A DNA stretch of 63,517 bases, filler included, from Welwitschia mirabilis (Eukaryota), in assembly GCA_051453625.1 (NCBI GenBank). It is 5 parts of one record of this genome, joined end to end, with 100 filler letters (N's around TTAATTAATTAA, not from the genome) between each part and the next. Parts side by side here need not be neighbours in the genome. Positions count along the whole stretch, not along the records: positions 1 to 15,955 come from JBOZIK010000001.1; positions 16,056 to 25,906 come from JBOZIK010000001.1; 3 more parts are not named here. One strand, 5' to 3'. Below are positions 13,751 to 26,006 of this stretch, piece after piece. The first letter of the stretch is position 1. Every line of letters starts with the position of its first letter. Both the position numbers and the translations under genes were made by a program. A model generated the notes under the pieces. That model had not been told where the DNA came from. It searched no databases and saw nothing but the letters and a program-made list of their open reading frames with translations.

Positions 13751-15009
13751 AACATGATGAAAACATCACATGGATGCACAATAAATGACCCCATAATCAA
13801 AGAAAATATCAAAAATGTTGAAAATATGTCTTGCTCCCTCTAAAAAATGCAATGCATCCCAAATTGCCTAGCCATGAGAAAAGAATGAAAAAAAAAAAAG
13901 AAAAAAGAAGGAAATCTGAACACGATGTATGTAGTACGCCTCGCAGTAAGTAAAAAAATTGAAGTACTCAAATGAAAAAGCTAATCCAATAAGGTCATAA
14001 AGCACATCACACTGATCGATGTTACCTAAAGGACCGATATGATTCGACTTACGATTTGTGAGAAAACGAGTGTGCAATGTAAGAATAAGAGAATTCCTCG
14101 TAAAATGCAAAAATAATGATAACTCAAAAAACAGGAGGAGAGAGAAACATATCTCATCTTAGTAAATGTGATGGAAACTCACGAATCTGGCAACAAAATC
14201 AAGTGAAACAAGTTCCAAAATGTCGGTAGTAGCCACAAGAGTCATTGTCTCTCAAAAGAATGGAGGAAAAAGATGAGGAAATGAGTGAAAAATGAGGAAA
14301 AAGGGTTGAAAAGACACTTTTAATCCACTGTCGTCTAGTCGAGTTATCCGGACGGTAGCCCTAAGATAACTCTCAAAAAGATTAGATTGTTGTCCTCTGC
14401 AGTGTTGTCTAGATGACTACATGGATGATAGTACATTAAAAGGATTTGAGAAAGAGAAATGCCAGCCAAAAAGATGAGGCTCAGGTAGAGTCATGAAAGT
14501 GAGAGTTTTTGAAAGAAAAAAGATGGAATTAAAAAAAATTATGTGGAAAACAAAAAACTATGGCAGAAGAGAACAGATGATCTAGGTTGAAAATCTGCAA
14601 CAAAGGCTGAATGAATGTGCCTAAATAAGAAAATAAAAGCAGGATAGAGGTGAGAACTCAAGAATCGATAAGGAAGCACATGAATGAATAGAAAGAAAAC
14701 TGCTAAAGGAGTAAGATTCTAAATGGAAAGAAGAAAATGCAAAAATGACTTTAAAATAAGAGACTCAAAAATAGAAGAAAACCAGAGGGGAAAATAGACA
14801 TAAGAAACAAGAAAGGAATTTTTACCTATCCTAAGTACTAATCTAGCAAACTCTCAAGGAAAACATCATAACATCACCTGAGTAAAAATGCATAACAAAA
14901 TGTATTAACTCTATAAAGTTTAGTCGAAAAGGTAGTGGGTGTGGCAATATCTAAAGTTTTAAGTGTGTATAACAATAAAGATTAAAACAAAAAGTTACAG
15001 AGAAATGGA

Positions 15010-15345
15010 CTCATCTGTTTCTATCTACAAACTCATTGGAATCTTTCAAAAGTGAAATGATCAAGTGGGAAAAAGTTTTATTTCTTTTACCATAATGAGG
15101 GGAGTGCAACCACTATCAAAGGAGTAAGGACCCACAAAGCATGGCTAACTGATCCCTCAGTGGAGTTCCCACAGCTACCATATTACACTGCCAAAGGATC
15201 CTCTCAGAAATATTTACTACAGTGTACTTGTAGTAGGACATCATGCTTTTTTTTCTTTTTTTTTTTTTGAATAAAAAGTATTCCCACATGATCATACACT
15301 CAATAAAGACAATGTAAATAAGTAAGATAAGAGACAGAAAAGAGC
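15010..15345. repeat. Imperfect inverted repeat (arms ~15010-15084 and ~15269-15345) enclosing a ~185-bp loop
   Basis: The left-arm reverse complement gaaataaaactttttcccacttgatcatttcacttttgaaag..caatg..gtagatagaaacagatgag aligns with the right arm gaataaaaagtattcccacatgatcatacactcaataaagacaatg..gtaagataagagacagaaaagag. Confidence 0.7.
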
Positions 15346-15689
15346 ACTCTTAGATAACTTAAGATTTAAACATCATTGAAAAGAATACAATAAACTAAGA
15401 CATCTTCCTATAAATACAGTCTATAGACATAGGAATGTCTTAAGTTTGGGTGAATCTAATCTTACCACTTGTAAATGTCCAAGTATAAAACTAATCATGA
15501 TACTTCACAGAGTAATACACAAGTCAAGTTTGAAAGATGATTAGGTAAAGTCATAATATTTAATTAAAGGAGTAGGCTAAGAAAGAACTTAGACAATGTT
15601 AGGGAGGAAGTCCTCCTNNNNNNNNNNNNNNNNNNNNNNNNNNNNNNNNNNNNNNNNNNNNNNNNNNNNTAGAGACCCCTCATATAATT

Positions 15690-18617
15690 TCAACTGTTAT
15701 CCATTAACTTTCTGAATTTCTTTAGTTTTTAAATCTAAAATCTCAACTGATTCATTAAAGTACAGTTTCTGTACAAGATAAGGACCTAACCATTTAGAGG
15801 TTAACTTGTTATTCAAAAGGTGAACTCAAGTGTTATACAACAAAATAAGTTAACTTGGTTCATGAAAAATCCTCTTATTATATTTGAACTTGGCTTGGGC
15901 TTTATGAATTACTTTGATGATGTATGACACTAGTTCTAGTTTCATCAAGATGATTNNNNNNNNNNNNNNNNNNNNNNNNNNNNNNNNNNNNNNNNNNNNT
16001 TAATTAATTAANNNNNNNNNNNNNNNNNNNNNNNNNNNNNNNNNNNNNNNNNNNNCTTTTTAGTAAAATCATATGAATCACAAAAAAAAGAAGGCTAATA
16101 AAAACTAGAATGAAGGATTTTCATAGCAATTTTATGTCCATTGAAATGTCCTCCACAAATACCACCATGACAAAGATGAAGAATATCAGATATTTCCCAA
16201 TCGGGAATACATTTTCTCATCATTTAGTATTTACACCTATATTATAAATGTGACTTGATCCACTTATAGTTACCTATACGATGGAGAAAGGATTTATGTT
16301 GGTAATAGGTCTAATGTTATGGTGTCTTTATGGTTATAAGATAGTTAATAATATCAGCATACCATGGAGGAGGATAAGAAGAAGAGACAGTGAAGAGCTG
16401 CTCATTAGAAAAAGTATCATTAATGAGAATATCATCTGGAGGAGAAGAAAGTTGAGATAAGTGGTCAGCAATAGAATTATGCTTCCCTGTTTTATCTATG
16501 ATGGTCAAATTAAATTCTTACATAAGAAGAATCCATCTAATCAAATGGGCACTAGAGTCTTTCTTAGTCATGAGGTAATGAATAACAACATGATTGGTAT
16601 AAACANNNNNNNNNNNNNNNNNNNNNNNNNNNNAAAGAGAATTAAGGTAAAAGATAATAGCAAGCATTTCTTTTTTGGTAGTAGTGTAATTTATTTGAGA
16701 TCTAGACAATATATTACTATGGTAAGATATAACTTTAATGTCTTTCATATTTTTGGCAAAGAAACCCACCCACAGCAAAATTACTAGCATCACACATAAG
16801 ATCAAAGTTAAGTGTCCAATTGGGTCTCATTACTATAGGAGCATTAAAAAATATCTGTTTAAGCCTATTGAAAGTAGTTTAACAAGATTCATTCCATTTG
16901 AATTTGGTATTTTTCTTAAGTAATGAGTGAAGAGGTTTGCAAATAGAAGCATAATCATGAATGAACCAATGATAAAAACCAAAATGGGTAAGGAAAGATA
17001 TGACCTATTTAACATTGGTAGGGGAACTAAGAATTTGAATAATACTAACTTTAAAAGCATTCATCTTAATCCCCTCTTGAGAAATGTGGTGACCTAAAAC
17101 AATGCCACTCTTAATAAGAAAATAACTCTTTTCCCAACTTAAGTGGAGGCCAATAGCAATGCATTGATCTAAGACTTTCTCTAAATGATCTAAGATTTGT
17201 TGAAATGTCTCGGCATAGATAGAGAAGCCCTCCATAAAAATCTCAATGGAATCCTTAAGTATATCAGAAAAATATCCATCATAGCATGTTGAAAGGTACC
17301 GGGAGCATTATAAAGTCCAAAAGGCATGCGTTTAAAGGCAAAGATACCAAAAGGAGAAGTGAAAGTAGTTTTGTCTTAGTTTTTAAGGGCAATAAAAACT
17401 TGATTATAACCACTATAACTATCAAAAAAATAATAAAAGGCATGTCCCTGAATCCTATTAAGAATTTAATTCAGAAAAGGTAAAGGACAGTTGTCTTTTT
17501 TAGTTACTTTATTTAGTTTTTGAAAATATATGCACATACACCATTTCCCACCCTTTTTTGGTACTATCATTAAGGGGCTAACCCATTCACTATCAGAATT
17601 AGAGTAAATGATTCTAGCGTCCATAGGTTTTATGATTTCATCTTTTATGATTGGCCTCAGGACTGGATTTAATCTACGTTGGGGTTATCTCACAGGTTTG
17701 GAATTTTCTTTGAGGTAGATTTTGTTTTATACAATAAAAGTGGGGATGGCTGACAGATCATTATGAGACTAAGCAAATGCATGAACTTTGGACTCTAAAA
17801 GAGAGATAAGATCGGATTCCTATTGAGGTAAGAGATTTTTATTGATAATCAAGGGTTTATTTAAATTTCTATTCAGAAAAATATATTTCAGTCCATTACT
17901 CAGAGGTTTCAAGTTCAGATTCATGTTTAGACCTCTGGTCCTAGAAGAATTTTCAGAAAAGTTGTTTGTCATCTCAGACTATCGTCCGGACGTTAGTATT
18001 AGACGACTGACTTCACAATAAGAATTCTTAGGGTTACTAGTCTCTTGGATTTCAAAATAGATTACAGACTCAATTTTTCTTCTCATCAGATCATAAAACT
18101 CAATGGAGGGATGGTCAAACTCAAGTTGTTTATTAAGCTCATAAAGGTATTCTACTTCCGTATGATCATCAAACAAGGTTGGCTCATGAAGCATGGCCCA
18201 TCTCTCCTCAAGTGGATGATGTTGTAAAAATAAGGTTGGTTTTATTTCTTCCTTCACTCCTAAATCAATGCTTAAATATTTTGCTGCTGCATTAAAAACT
18301 TTAATTGAAAATTATTTGTTTTCAAAGTGGCACTTCATTAATCTAGTTCTTGTGTCTATGATGTAATGTACTGTTACACAGAAAGCTCTATCTAGAAGTA
18401 GGGGATATCCACCTTGATGCTTAACTTTTAATATACCTACATCGATTAGGTAAAAAGCTTCCTCTATCTAAGTGATCAAGTCCTTGATCATACCTAAAGG
18501 TTTCTTCATAGATGTGTCGGCTAACTTTAAGATAACTCATGTAGGTTCTACTCTTTCTTTCAAACCAAGATGTTAACATATATGTAAGGGCATGATGTTG
18601 ACACTGGTTCCTATATC
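15690..18617 (-). pseudogene. pol: Decayed Ty3/gypsy pol (protease, RT, RNase H, integrase)
   Basis: Protease DIGTSVNIMP (~18617). RT SEWVSPLMIVPKKGG.W and RMPFGLYNAPGTFQ, IFMEGF (decayed FMDD), SWEKSYF...GIVLGHHIS. RNase H QINYTTTKKEMLAI, LIRWILL, IDKTGKHNSIADHLS. PPWYADIINYL. Integrase Zn finger CHGGICGGHF and C-terminal KLTSKWLGPY. Confidence 0.92.
16000..16011. other. Artificial scaffold spacer TTAATTAATTAA (also 25951-25962, 55880-55891, 61751-61762)
   Basis: Identical 12-mer with stops in all six frames, centred in 100-bp N44-12-N44 gaps. Confidence 0.95.
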
Positions 18618-18892
18618 NNNNNNNNNNNNNNNNNNNNNNNNNNNNNNNNNNNNNNNNNNNNNNNNNNNNNNNNNNNNNNNNNNNNNNNNNNNNNNNNNNN
18701 NNNNNNNNNNNNNNNNNNNNNNNNNNNNNNNNNNNNNNNNNNNNNNNNNNNNNNNNNNNNNNNNNNNNNNNNNNNNNNNNNNNNNNNNNNNNNNNNNNNN
18801 NNNNNNNNNNNNNNNNNNNNNNNNNNNNNNNNNNNNNNNNNNNNNNNNNNNNNNNNNNNNNNNNNNNNNNNNNNNNNNNNNNNNNNNNNNNN

Positions 18893-20700
18893 CTTTCTCA
18901 ATTCTTCGGTTCCCCTCTAATGTGATACTAATAGTTATTTCCCCTAGATCTTTAAACTTTGGATACTTCTTGGAAATTAGGTTGCTAAGGAATTAAGCTA
19001 GAAAGACCTTACTAGGGATAGTTCATTTTTATTTTCTTTTGATTAGATCTTTCTATAGCTTAGAGTATTTGGGGTTTCCTTGTAAAAGTTTTCAAAAAGA
19101 TAAATTGGTACTTACATTTTGCATTAAGGCTTTTAAATGATCATCAAAGATAGGATTTATATTAAGTCTATTAAGTCATGGAGTAGCAGGTTTTTTTTGG
19201 GATTGATCTTTCTTTTTGTTGTTAAGTAAAGAAGGGAAGGAATGATTTTATAAGATTTCTATGTCCTTTTTATCATCATTCTTATCACTTTGGGAAGTTG
19301 AAGCCTCATGAGTAGGGAGAGTTATGTTATTTCCACTCCTTGTCACCACCTTATAATCTTTTCGTACTTTGTTAGGGTTTAGTAAGGGTTAAGTGGCAAG
19401 GGTCCCTTGTGGTTTTTTATTGGTAAGCATGGTTTGTTGTGAAATGTTTACAAGATTTTCTATGTTTGTGTTTGTCTTTTCTTAAGTATATTTTAACGCC
19501 TCCATGGAATTCCTGAGAGGATCACTATGGTTTTGGGAGTTGGAATTTCTTGCCAAGTTATTCAAATGGTTGAGTTAAAAGTTTAGGTTTTCAAATTAAC
19601 TTCTGAAAGTCTAGTAATTAGGACGACATGTTTGAAAGTTTTTAAAATGTGGTTGTTCACTCATCCTATTTTGATAATTGTGACTTGGGACTTATCTTTG
19701 ATCATGGTTTTATAGGTAGTTGGAGGGTCTTTGATTAAAAGAACACACTTCCTCATAGATTCTTTCCTTATAAGTAGGAAGTAAAGGGAACTCTTTTGTG
19801 ATGTGGTAGCTATCTTTACACAAATCGCATGTTGGAATAATAACTTCACTCTTCTTAGTTGCCACTTTAGCATCAAGGATTATCTGGGTGTATTTCTCTA
19901 AGTTAGATGTAAAATCTTTAATGATGCTAGTTGGTTCATTTTCTATTTTGGTTTTAGTTTTCTCGTGTTTTACTTCTTTGAGATATTTGATGATTTATCC
20001 TACCATTTGGTTTTCTCTAGAGAAGGGTTTAGGCCAAGTTTGACTTACTTCCACTAAGTCTTTTAACACCTTTCATGCATCTTCTAAAGTTTGGTTCAAG
20101 AGGTTGCCTCCACAAGAGAAATCTACAAGTTGCTTGATATGATTATTTAATTTACTATAGAAATAGTTAATTAATTCTACCTCTGAAAAGGCATCTACAG
20201 GATTCAAATGTAAAACAACAAAGAATCGCTCATAGGTAGAGGCAGAGTCTTCGTTAGGAAGTTATTGGAAGTTTATAACTTTTTTCTTACGTTTCTAGAT
20301 GGTGATTTCACTCATGAATCTTTTAATAAAAGCTTCTTAAACTTAACTTCAAAATTTTAGACTCTTATGGGGTATTATTCTAAGCTAGATTTTTGCTTTA
20401 CCTCTCAAGGTCATGGGAAAGATAACCATATACGTTCTATTAGTTATTTGCTTTTTACCATTTTCGGATGTAAGGAAAGGTTGTTCAATGTTGGTGATGT
20501 ATTGTAGAGGATCCTCATTAGATTCTTCACTAAATGTAGGGTAAGCATTTAAGTTTTTAAGTCCTATATCATTACCAGGAGGTAAGTCAAAAGGATTTTA
20601 AATTTTATGTTTCTTGATTGCGATAAGATCTCTTAAAGTAGCGCGAGTATTTAGTTGAGAAGAAGTAGAAGATAGGATTCCAATGACTGGGGTGGATTTG
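18893..20700 (-). pseudogene. gag: Decayed Athila-type gag
   Basis: TLRDL..., YPTFSEESNEDPLQYI, MVIFPMTLRGKAK, DFSCGGNLLNQT; near 18960 PKFKDLG before the protease. Many stops. Confidence 0.8.
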
Positions 20701-23700
20701 AAGAGATATGTTATTTTTATTTTGGTATTAGATTTTTCAAAATTAAAATCAGATTCTTCTACAAAATTAAAATCAGAAATTTCAGGAAATTCTAAATCTT
20801 ACGTACCTAGGCTGTTTTGATTTTCAATTTTAAAATTTAGTAAACCTTCTCTAATATTCTTAGCAATTAACAGCTTTTCTCTCTGATATTTTTTTTTTCC
20901 TGATTTTAACCATTCAGTTTCTGTAGTGTCATCCTATAAATCGTCCAGATGATAACCTGGATAACAGAGATAGAAAACACAGACAATCATAGAATGAGGG
21001 AAAGCAAAAATCAGGGCAATTGTCTGACTGTGACGTCTAGACAACAAAGGGGACATTAGTCATTAGTAAAAATAAAAATTAAAATAAAAACTTACAGAAG
21101 GTACTGGTATACCATTACTGCAGCAAACATCTAGAATATCCACCGAAGCAATGATAACTCTTGATTTTTCAAGCAGCCTTCCCTGGCAATGATGCCAATT
21201 TGTTGCAATGTAAATTTGTGTAATGTTTCATGTCTTGATTTAAATCCTGTTAATTACAATAAGATACACAAATATAGCATGCTAGTATAGACGAAGAGAT
21301 CCGAATGTCATAATTCCATCAAAGGCCAATAGTATGAACAATAAAGAGTTGATTTTCAGAAAGAAATGTGTAACTCTATTCTACTGAAATAAATTGCAAT
21401 GCATATGAAAATTGAAATAACGATGCAAAACTAATCTATGAAAAGAAACAGTAATGCACCTAATCTAATCAAGCTTAACCTTAACAAANNNNNNNNNNNN
21501 NNNNNNNNNNNNNNNNNNNNNNNNNNNNNNNNNNNNNNNNNNNNNNNNNNNNNNNNNNNNNNNNNNNNNNNNNNNNNNNNNNNNNNNNTATCAGATTTTT
21601 CAAAATTAAAATAAGATTCTTCTTCAGAATTAAAATCAAAAATTTTAGGAAATTCTAAGTCTTGTGTACCTAAGCTATTTTGATTTCAATTTCAAAATTT
21701 AGCAAACCTTCTCTAATATTTTTAGAAATGAACAACTTTTCTCATTGATATCTTTTTTTTTTTCAATTTTAATCTTTTAGTTTCTGTAGTGTTGTCTTGT
21801 CAATCATTTGGATGATAACTTAAATGATAGAGATAAAAAACACAGACAACTATAGAATGAGAGAAAGTAGAAATTGGGACAGTCATCCAACTGTGATGTC
21901 TAGATGATGAANNNNNNNNNNNNNNNNNNNNNNNNNNNNNNNNNNNNNNNNNNNNNNNNNNNNNNNNNNNNNNNNNNNNNNNNNNNNNNNNNNNNNNNNN
22001 NNNNACTGAAGTAATAACAACTCTCAATTTCCAAGAAGTCTTTTCTAGCAATGGCACCAATTTGTTACGGTGCGAATTTATGCAATTTTTCATGCCTTGA
22101 TTTAAATCCTATTAATTACAAATAAGATGCACAAATATAACATACTAGTATAGTTGGAGTGATCCAAATGTCATAATTCCATCGAAAGCCAATGATATAA
22201 ATAATAAAAAGTTAATTTCGAAAAAGAAATATGTAACCNNNNNNNNNNNNNNNNNNNNNNNNNNNNNNNNNNNNNNNNNNNNNNNNNNNNNTAATCTATG
22301 AAATTGAAATTACGATGCAACTAATCTAATCAAGCTCAACCTTGACAAAGGCTATCTTCATAATCTATACAATCAAAGAAATCTATCATAAATCTTAAAC
22401 AACATAAACTATAAGGGATAGATTCCAGCATATACTAAAGAAAAAAGAATAATTAATATTAAAAAGTATAAAAGCATTTGCATTACAAAGTAGTTGTTTC
22501 TCAATGAAGGAAACACCACCTAACACCAAGGGAATGTCTCTCTATAATCGCTAGATAGTTCTTTAGTTTTAAGATCTCCTGTCACAATAATGTTAGGTAC
22601 TATGGAAGATGATTAGGGATCGAGGAGAATACCTTTATTTATAGACAGAAAAGAAAGGAAAACTAACAAAGAAGTAAAGGAGAAACCCTAGATGACATGC
22701 AAAGTAAAGTCACAAAGAAGTGATANNNNNNNNNNNNNNNNNNNNNNNNNNNNNNNNNNNNNNNNNNNNNNNNNNNNNNNNNNNNNNNNNNNNNNNNNNN
22801 NNNNNNNNNNNNNNNNNNNNNNNNNNNNNNNNNNNNNNNNNNNNNNNNNNNNNNNNNNNNNNNNNNNNNNNNNNNNNNNNNNNNNNNNNNNNNNNNNNNN
22901 NNNNNNNNNNNNNNNNNNNNNNNNNNNNNNNNNNNNNNNNNNNNNNNNNNNNNNNNNNNNNNNNNNNNNNNNNNNNNNNNNNNNNNNNNNNNNNNNNNNN
23001 NNNNNNNNNNNNNNNNNNNNNNNNNNNNNNNNNNNNNNNNNNNNNNNNNNNNNNNNNNNNNNNNNNNNNNNNNNNNNNNNNNNNNNNNNNNNNNNNNNNN
23101 NNNNNNNNNNNNNNNNNNNNNNNNNNNNNNNNNNNNNNNNNNNNNNNNNNNNNNNNNNNNNNNNNNNNNNNNNNNNNNNNNNNNNNNNNNNNNNNNNNNN
23201 NNNNNNNNNNNNNNNNNNNNNNNNNNNNNNNNNNNNNNNNNNNNNNNNNNNNNNNNNNNNNNNNNNNNNNNNNNNNNNNNNNNNNNNNNNNNNNNNNNNN
23301 NNNNNNNNNNNNNNNNNNNNNNNNNNNNNNNNNNNNNNNNNNNNNNNNNNNNNNNNNNNNNNNNNNNNNNNNNNNNNNNNNNNNNNNNNNNNNNNNNNNN
23401 NNNNNNNNNNNNNNNNNNNNNNNNNNNNNNNNNNNAAAAAGAAAAGAAAACTGATAAAGAAGTAAAGGAGAAACCCTAGCTGACATGCAAAGTAAAGTCA
23501 CAAAGAAGTAACAATAACTAAGGAATACATTCAGTAAAAGTGAGAGAGAATAGTGTTGTCCTTTTTTTCGTCTAGACGAAGTAGGAGATTACGATGATTG
23601 ATAATTGAAACTCTGGTTCTGCTTCAGTTTATTTGCCTGTTGAATTTTTGTCAACTAGTTTTAGAGATGTCATCCAGTAGTGATATTTGGACAATGATGT

Positions 23701-26006
23701 AGATGACAATGTCTGATAGGAAGATCTCAGTTCCACTATAAGTTATATAGATGTGAACTTTGGTTATTGCCTAGTTGAAGTTATCATCCTAACTATCATC
23801 TAAATGATGTAAGGGACGACAGTATTTTTGTCAATCTTCAGTTAGTCTGATCGCTTTATTGTTTATAGTAACCATTCTCCAAAATGTAATTTATTTGTAT
23901 CTGCATGCAATGCTCGTATTTTATCTGGAATTTGCATGTTTTCTTCTTGTTTGCCTTGATTCTTGATTATCATAAAAACTAAGCATTTATCTATTGGTTT
24001 ATCTACAAAACAACTCAAAATACCTTATTAAATATACATAAGTTGGTGGTGCAACAGTTATCTTTCCCATGACCTTAAGAGGTAAAGCAAAACTTTGACT
24101 TAGAACAATTCTCCATANNNNNNNNNNNNNNNNNNNNNNNNNNNNNNNNNNNNNNNNNNNNNNNNNNNNNNNNNNNNNNNNNNNNNNNNNNNNNNNNNNN
24201 NNNNNNNNNNNNNNNNNNNNNNNNNNNNNNNNNNNNNNNNNNNNNNNNNNNNNNNNNNNNNNNNNNNNNNNNNNNNNNNNNNNNNNNNNNNNNNNNNNNN
24301 NNNNNNNNNNNNNNNNNNNNNNNNNNNNNNNNNNNNNNNNNNNNNNNNNNNNNNNNNNNNNNNNNNNNNNNNNNNNNNNNNNNNNNNNNNNNNNNNNNNN
24401 NNNNNNNNNNNNNNNNNNNNNNNNNNNNNNNNNNNNNNNNNNNNNNNNNNNNNNNNNNNNNNNNNNNNNNNNNNNNNNNNNNNNNNNNNNNNNNNNNNNN
24501 NNNNNNNNNNNNNNNNNNNNNNNNNNNNNNNNNNNNNNNNNNNNNNNNNNNNNNNNNNNNNNNNNNNNNNNNNNNNNNNNNNNNNNNNNNNNNNNNNNNN
24601 NNNNNNNNNNNNNNNNNNNNNNNTCTTAAACCAAAACTTAAAAGATACTTTAAAGATGTTGGAAGATTTAGTGGAAGTAAGTCAAACTTGGCCTAAATCC
24701 TCCTTTAGAAAAAACTAAATAGTAGGCCAAATCATTAAGGACCTAAAAGATGTCAAGCATGAGAAGACTGAAACCAAAATAGATAATAAACCAACTAGTG
24801 TTATTAAGGATTTCACGTCTTCCTTAGAGAAATATACCCAAATAATCCTTGATGCTAAAGTGATGACTAAGAAGANNNNNNNNNNNNNNNNNNNNNNNNN
24901 NNNNNNNNNNNNNNNNNNNNNNNNNNNNNNNNNNNNNNNNNNNNNNNNNNNNNNNNNNNNNNNNNNNNNNNNNNNNNNNNNNNNNNNNNNNNNNNNNNNN
25001 NNNNNNNNNNNNNNNNNNNNNNNNNNNNNNNNNNNNNNNNNNNNNNNNNNNNNNNNNNNNNNNNNNNNNNNNNNNNNNNNNNNNNNNNNNNNNNNNNNNN
25101 NNNNNNNNNNNNNNNNNNNNNNNNNNNNNNNNNNNNNNNNNNNNNNNNNNNNNNNNNNNNNNNNNNNNNNNNNNNNNNNNNNNNNNNNNNNNNNNNNNNN
25201 NNNNNNNNNNNNNNNNNNNNNNNNNNNNNNNNNNNNNNNNNNNNNNNNNNNNNNNNNNNNNNNNNAAATCTTGTAAGTCTCTTAAAACAAACCATACTTG
25301 CCAACCAAAGACCACAAGGGACCCTTGCCACTCAACCTTTACTGAATCCTAACAAAGTATAAAAAGATTATAAGATGGTGATAAGAAGTGGAAATGACAT
25401 AACTTTCCTACTCATGAGGCTTCAACTTTCCAAAATAATAAAATGATGAGGAATATGACATAAAATCTTAGAAAATCATTCCTTCCCTTCTTTGATTACC
25501 AACAAAAAGANNNNNNNNNNNNNNNNNNNNNNNNNNNNNNNNNNNNNNNNNNNNNNNNNNNNNNNNNNNNNNNNNNNNNNNNNNNNNNNNNNNNNNNNNN
25601 NNNNNNNNNNATATGACATAAAATCTTAGAAAATCAGTCCTTCCCTTCTTTGCTTACCAACAAAAAGAAAGATTCATTATAAAAGAAACATGCTACCTGA
25701 TGGCTAAATAGGCTTAACACAAATTTCATCTTTTATAATCATTTGAAAGCCTTAATGAAAAACATAAGCATTAACTTATCTTTTTAGAAACGTTTGCAAG
25801 AGAATGACAAATACTCTAAGCTATAAAAAGACCTAATAAGAAGAAAATAAAAATAAAACATCCCTATTAAAGTCTTCCTAGCTCAATTCATTAGTAACTT
25901 AGTATCNNNNNNNNNNNNNNNNNNNNNNNNNNNNNNNNNNNNNNNNNNNNTTAATTAATTAANNNNNNNNNNNNNNNNNNNNNNNNNNNNNNNNNNNNNN
26001 NNNNNN

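Larger units (their letters stand above)
10738..24056 (-). mobile_element. Nested Athila-like Ty3/gypsy element (3' LTR 10738-11907, 5' LTR 22063-24056, TSD GTTAT)
   Basis: TG...CA termini. GTTAT at 10733-10737 and 24057-24061. PPT-like GGATAAGTGGGAGG next to 11907. PBS TGGTGCCATTGCTAG near 22045-22059. Internal order is gag-PR-RT-RH-IN-extra ORF. LTRs are roughly 85-90% identical by eye. Confidence 0.9.
8599..25906 (+). mobile_element. Outer Athila-like Ty3/gypsy element: 5' LTR 8599-9689, PBS ~9693-9708, gag 10140-10737 resuming at 24062-25906; split by a nested copy
   Basis: LTR runs TGTTGTGCCACC...TAAACA; PBS TAGCGCCATTGCCAGG. gag reads YPTFSGEP.KDP.Q.ITKIEQ. Joining 10737 to 24062 restores GTATGGTTATCTTTCCCATGACCTTAAGAGGTAAAGC, matching the uninterrupted gag of the nested copy (~20395-20435, minus). 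Confidence 0.85.

Noticed and set aside
15160..15200. Resemblance of the module to miR399 (TGCCAAAGGA), miR395 (GGAGTTCCC), twister (AGTGGAG...TACACTGC) or hammerhead cores
   Set aside because: Only 9-12-nt matches; no miRNA* arm, no CUGANGA/GAAA pair and no twister L4 consensus.
16000..16011. Recurrent TTAATTAATTAA islands inside N runs (four sites)
   Set aside because: Identical 12-mer centred in N44-12-N44 gaps; an artificial six-frame-stop contig linker.
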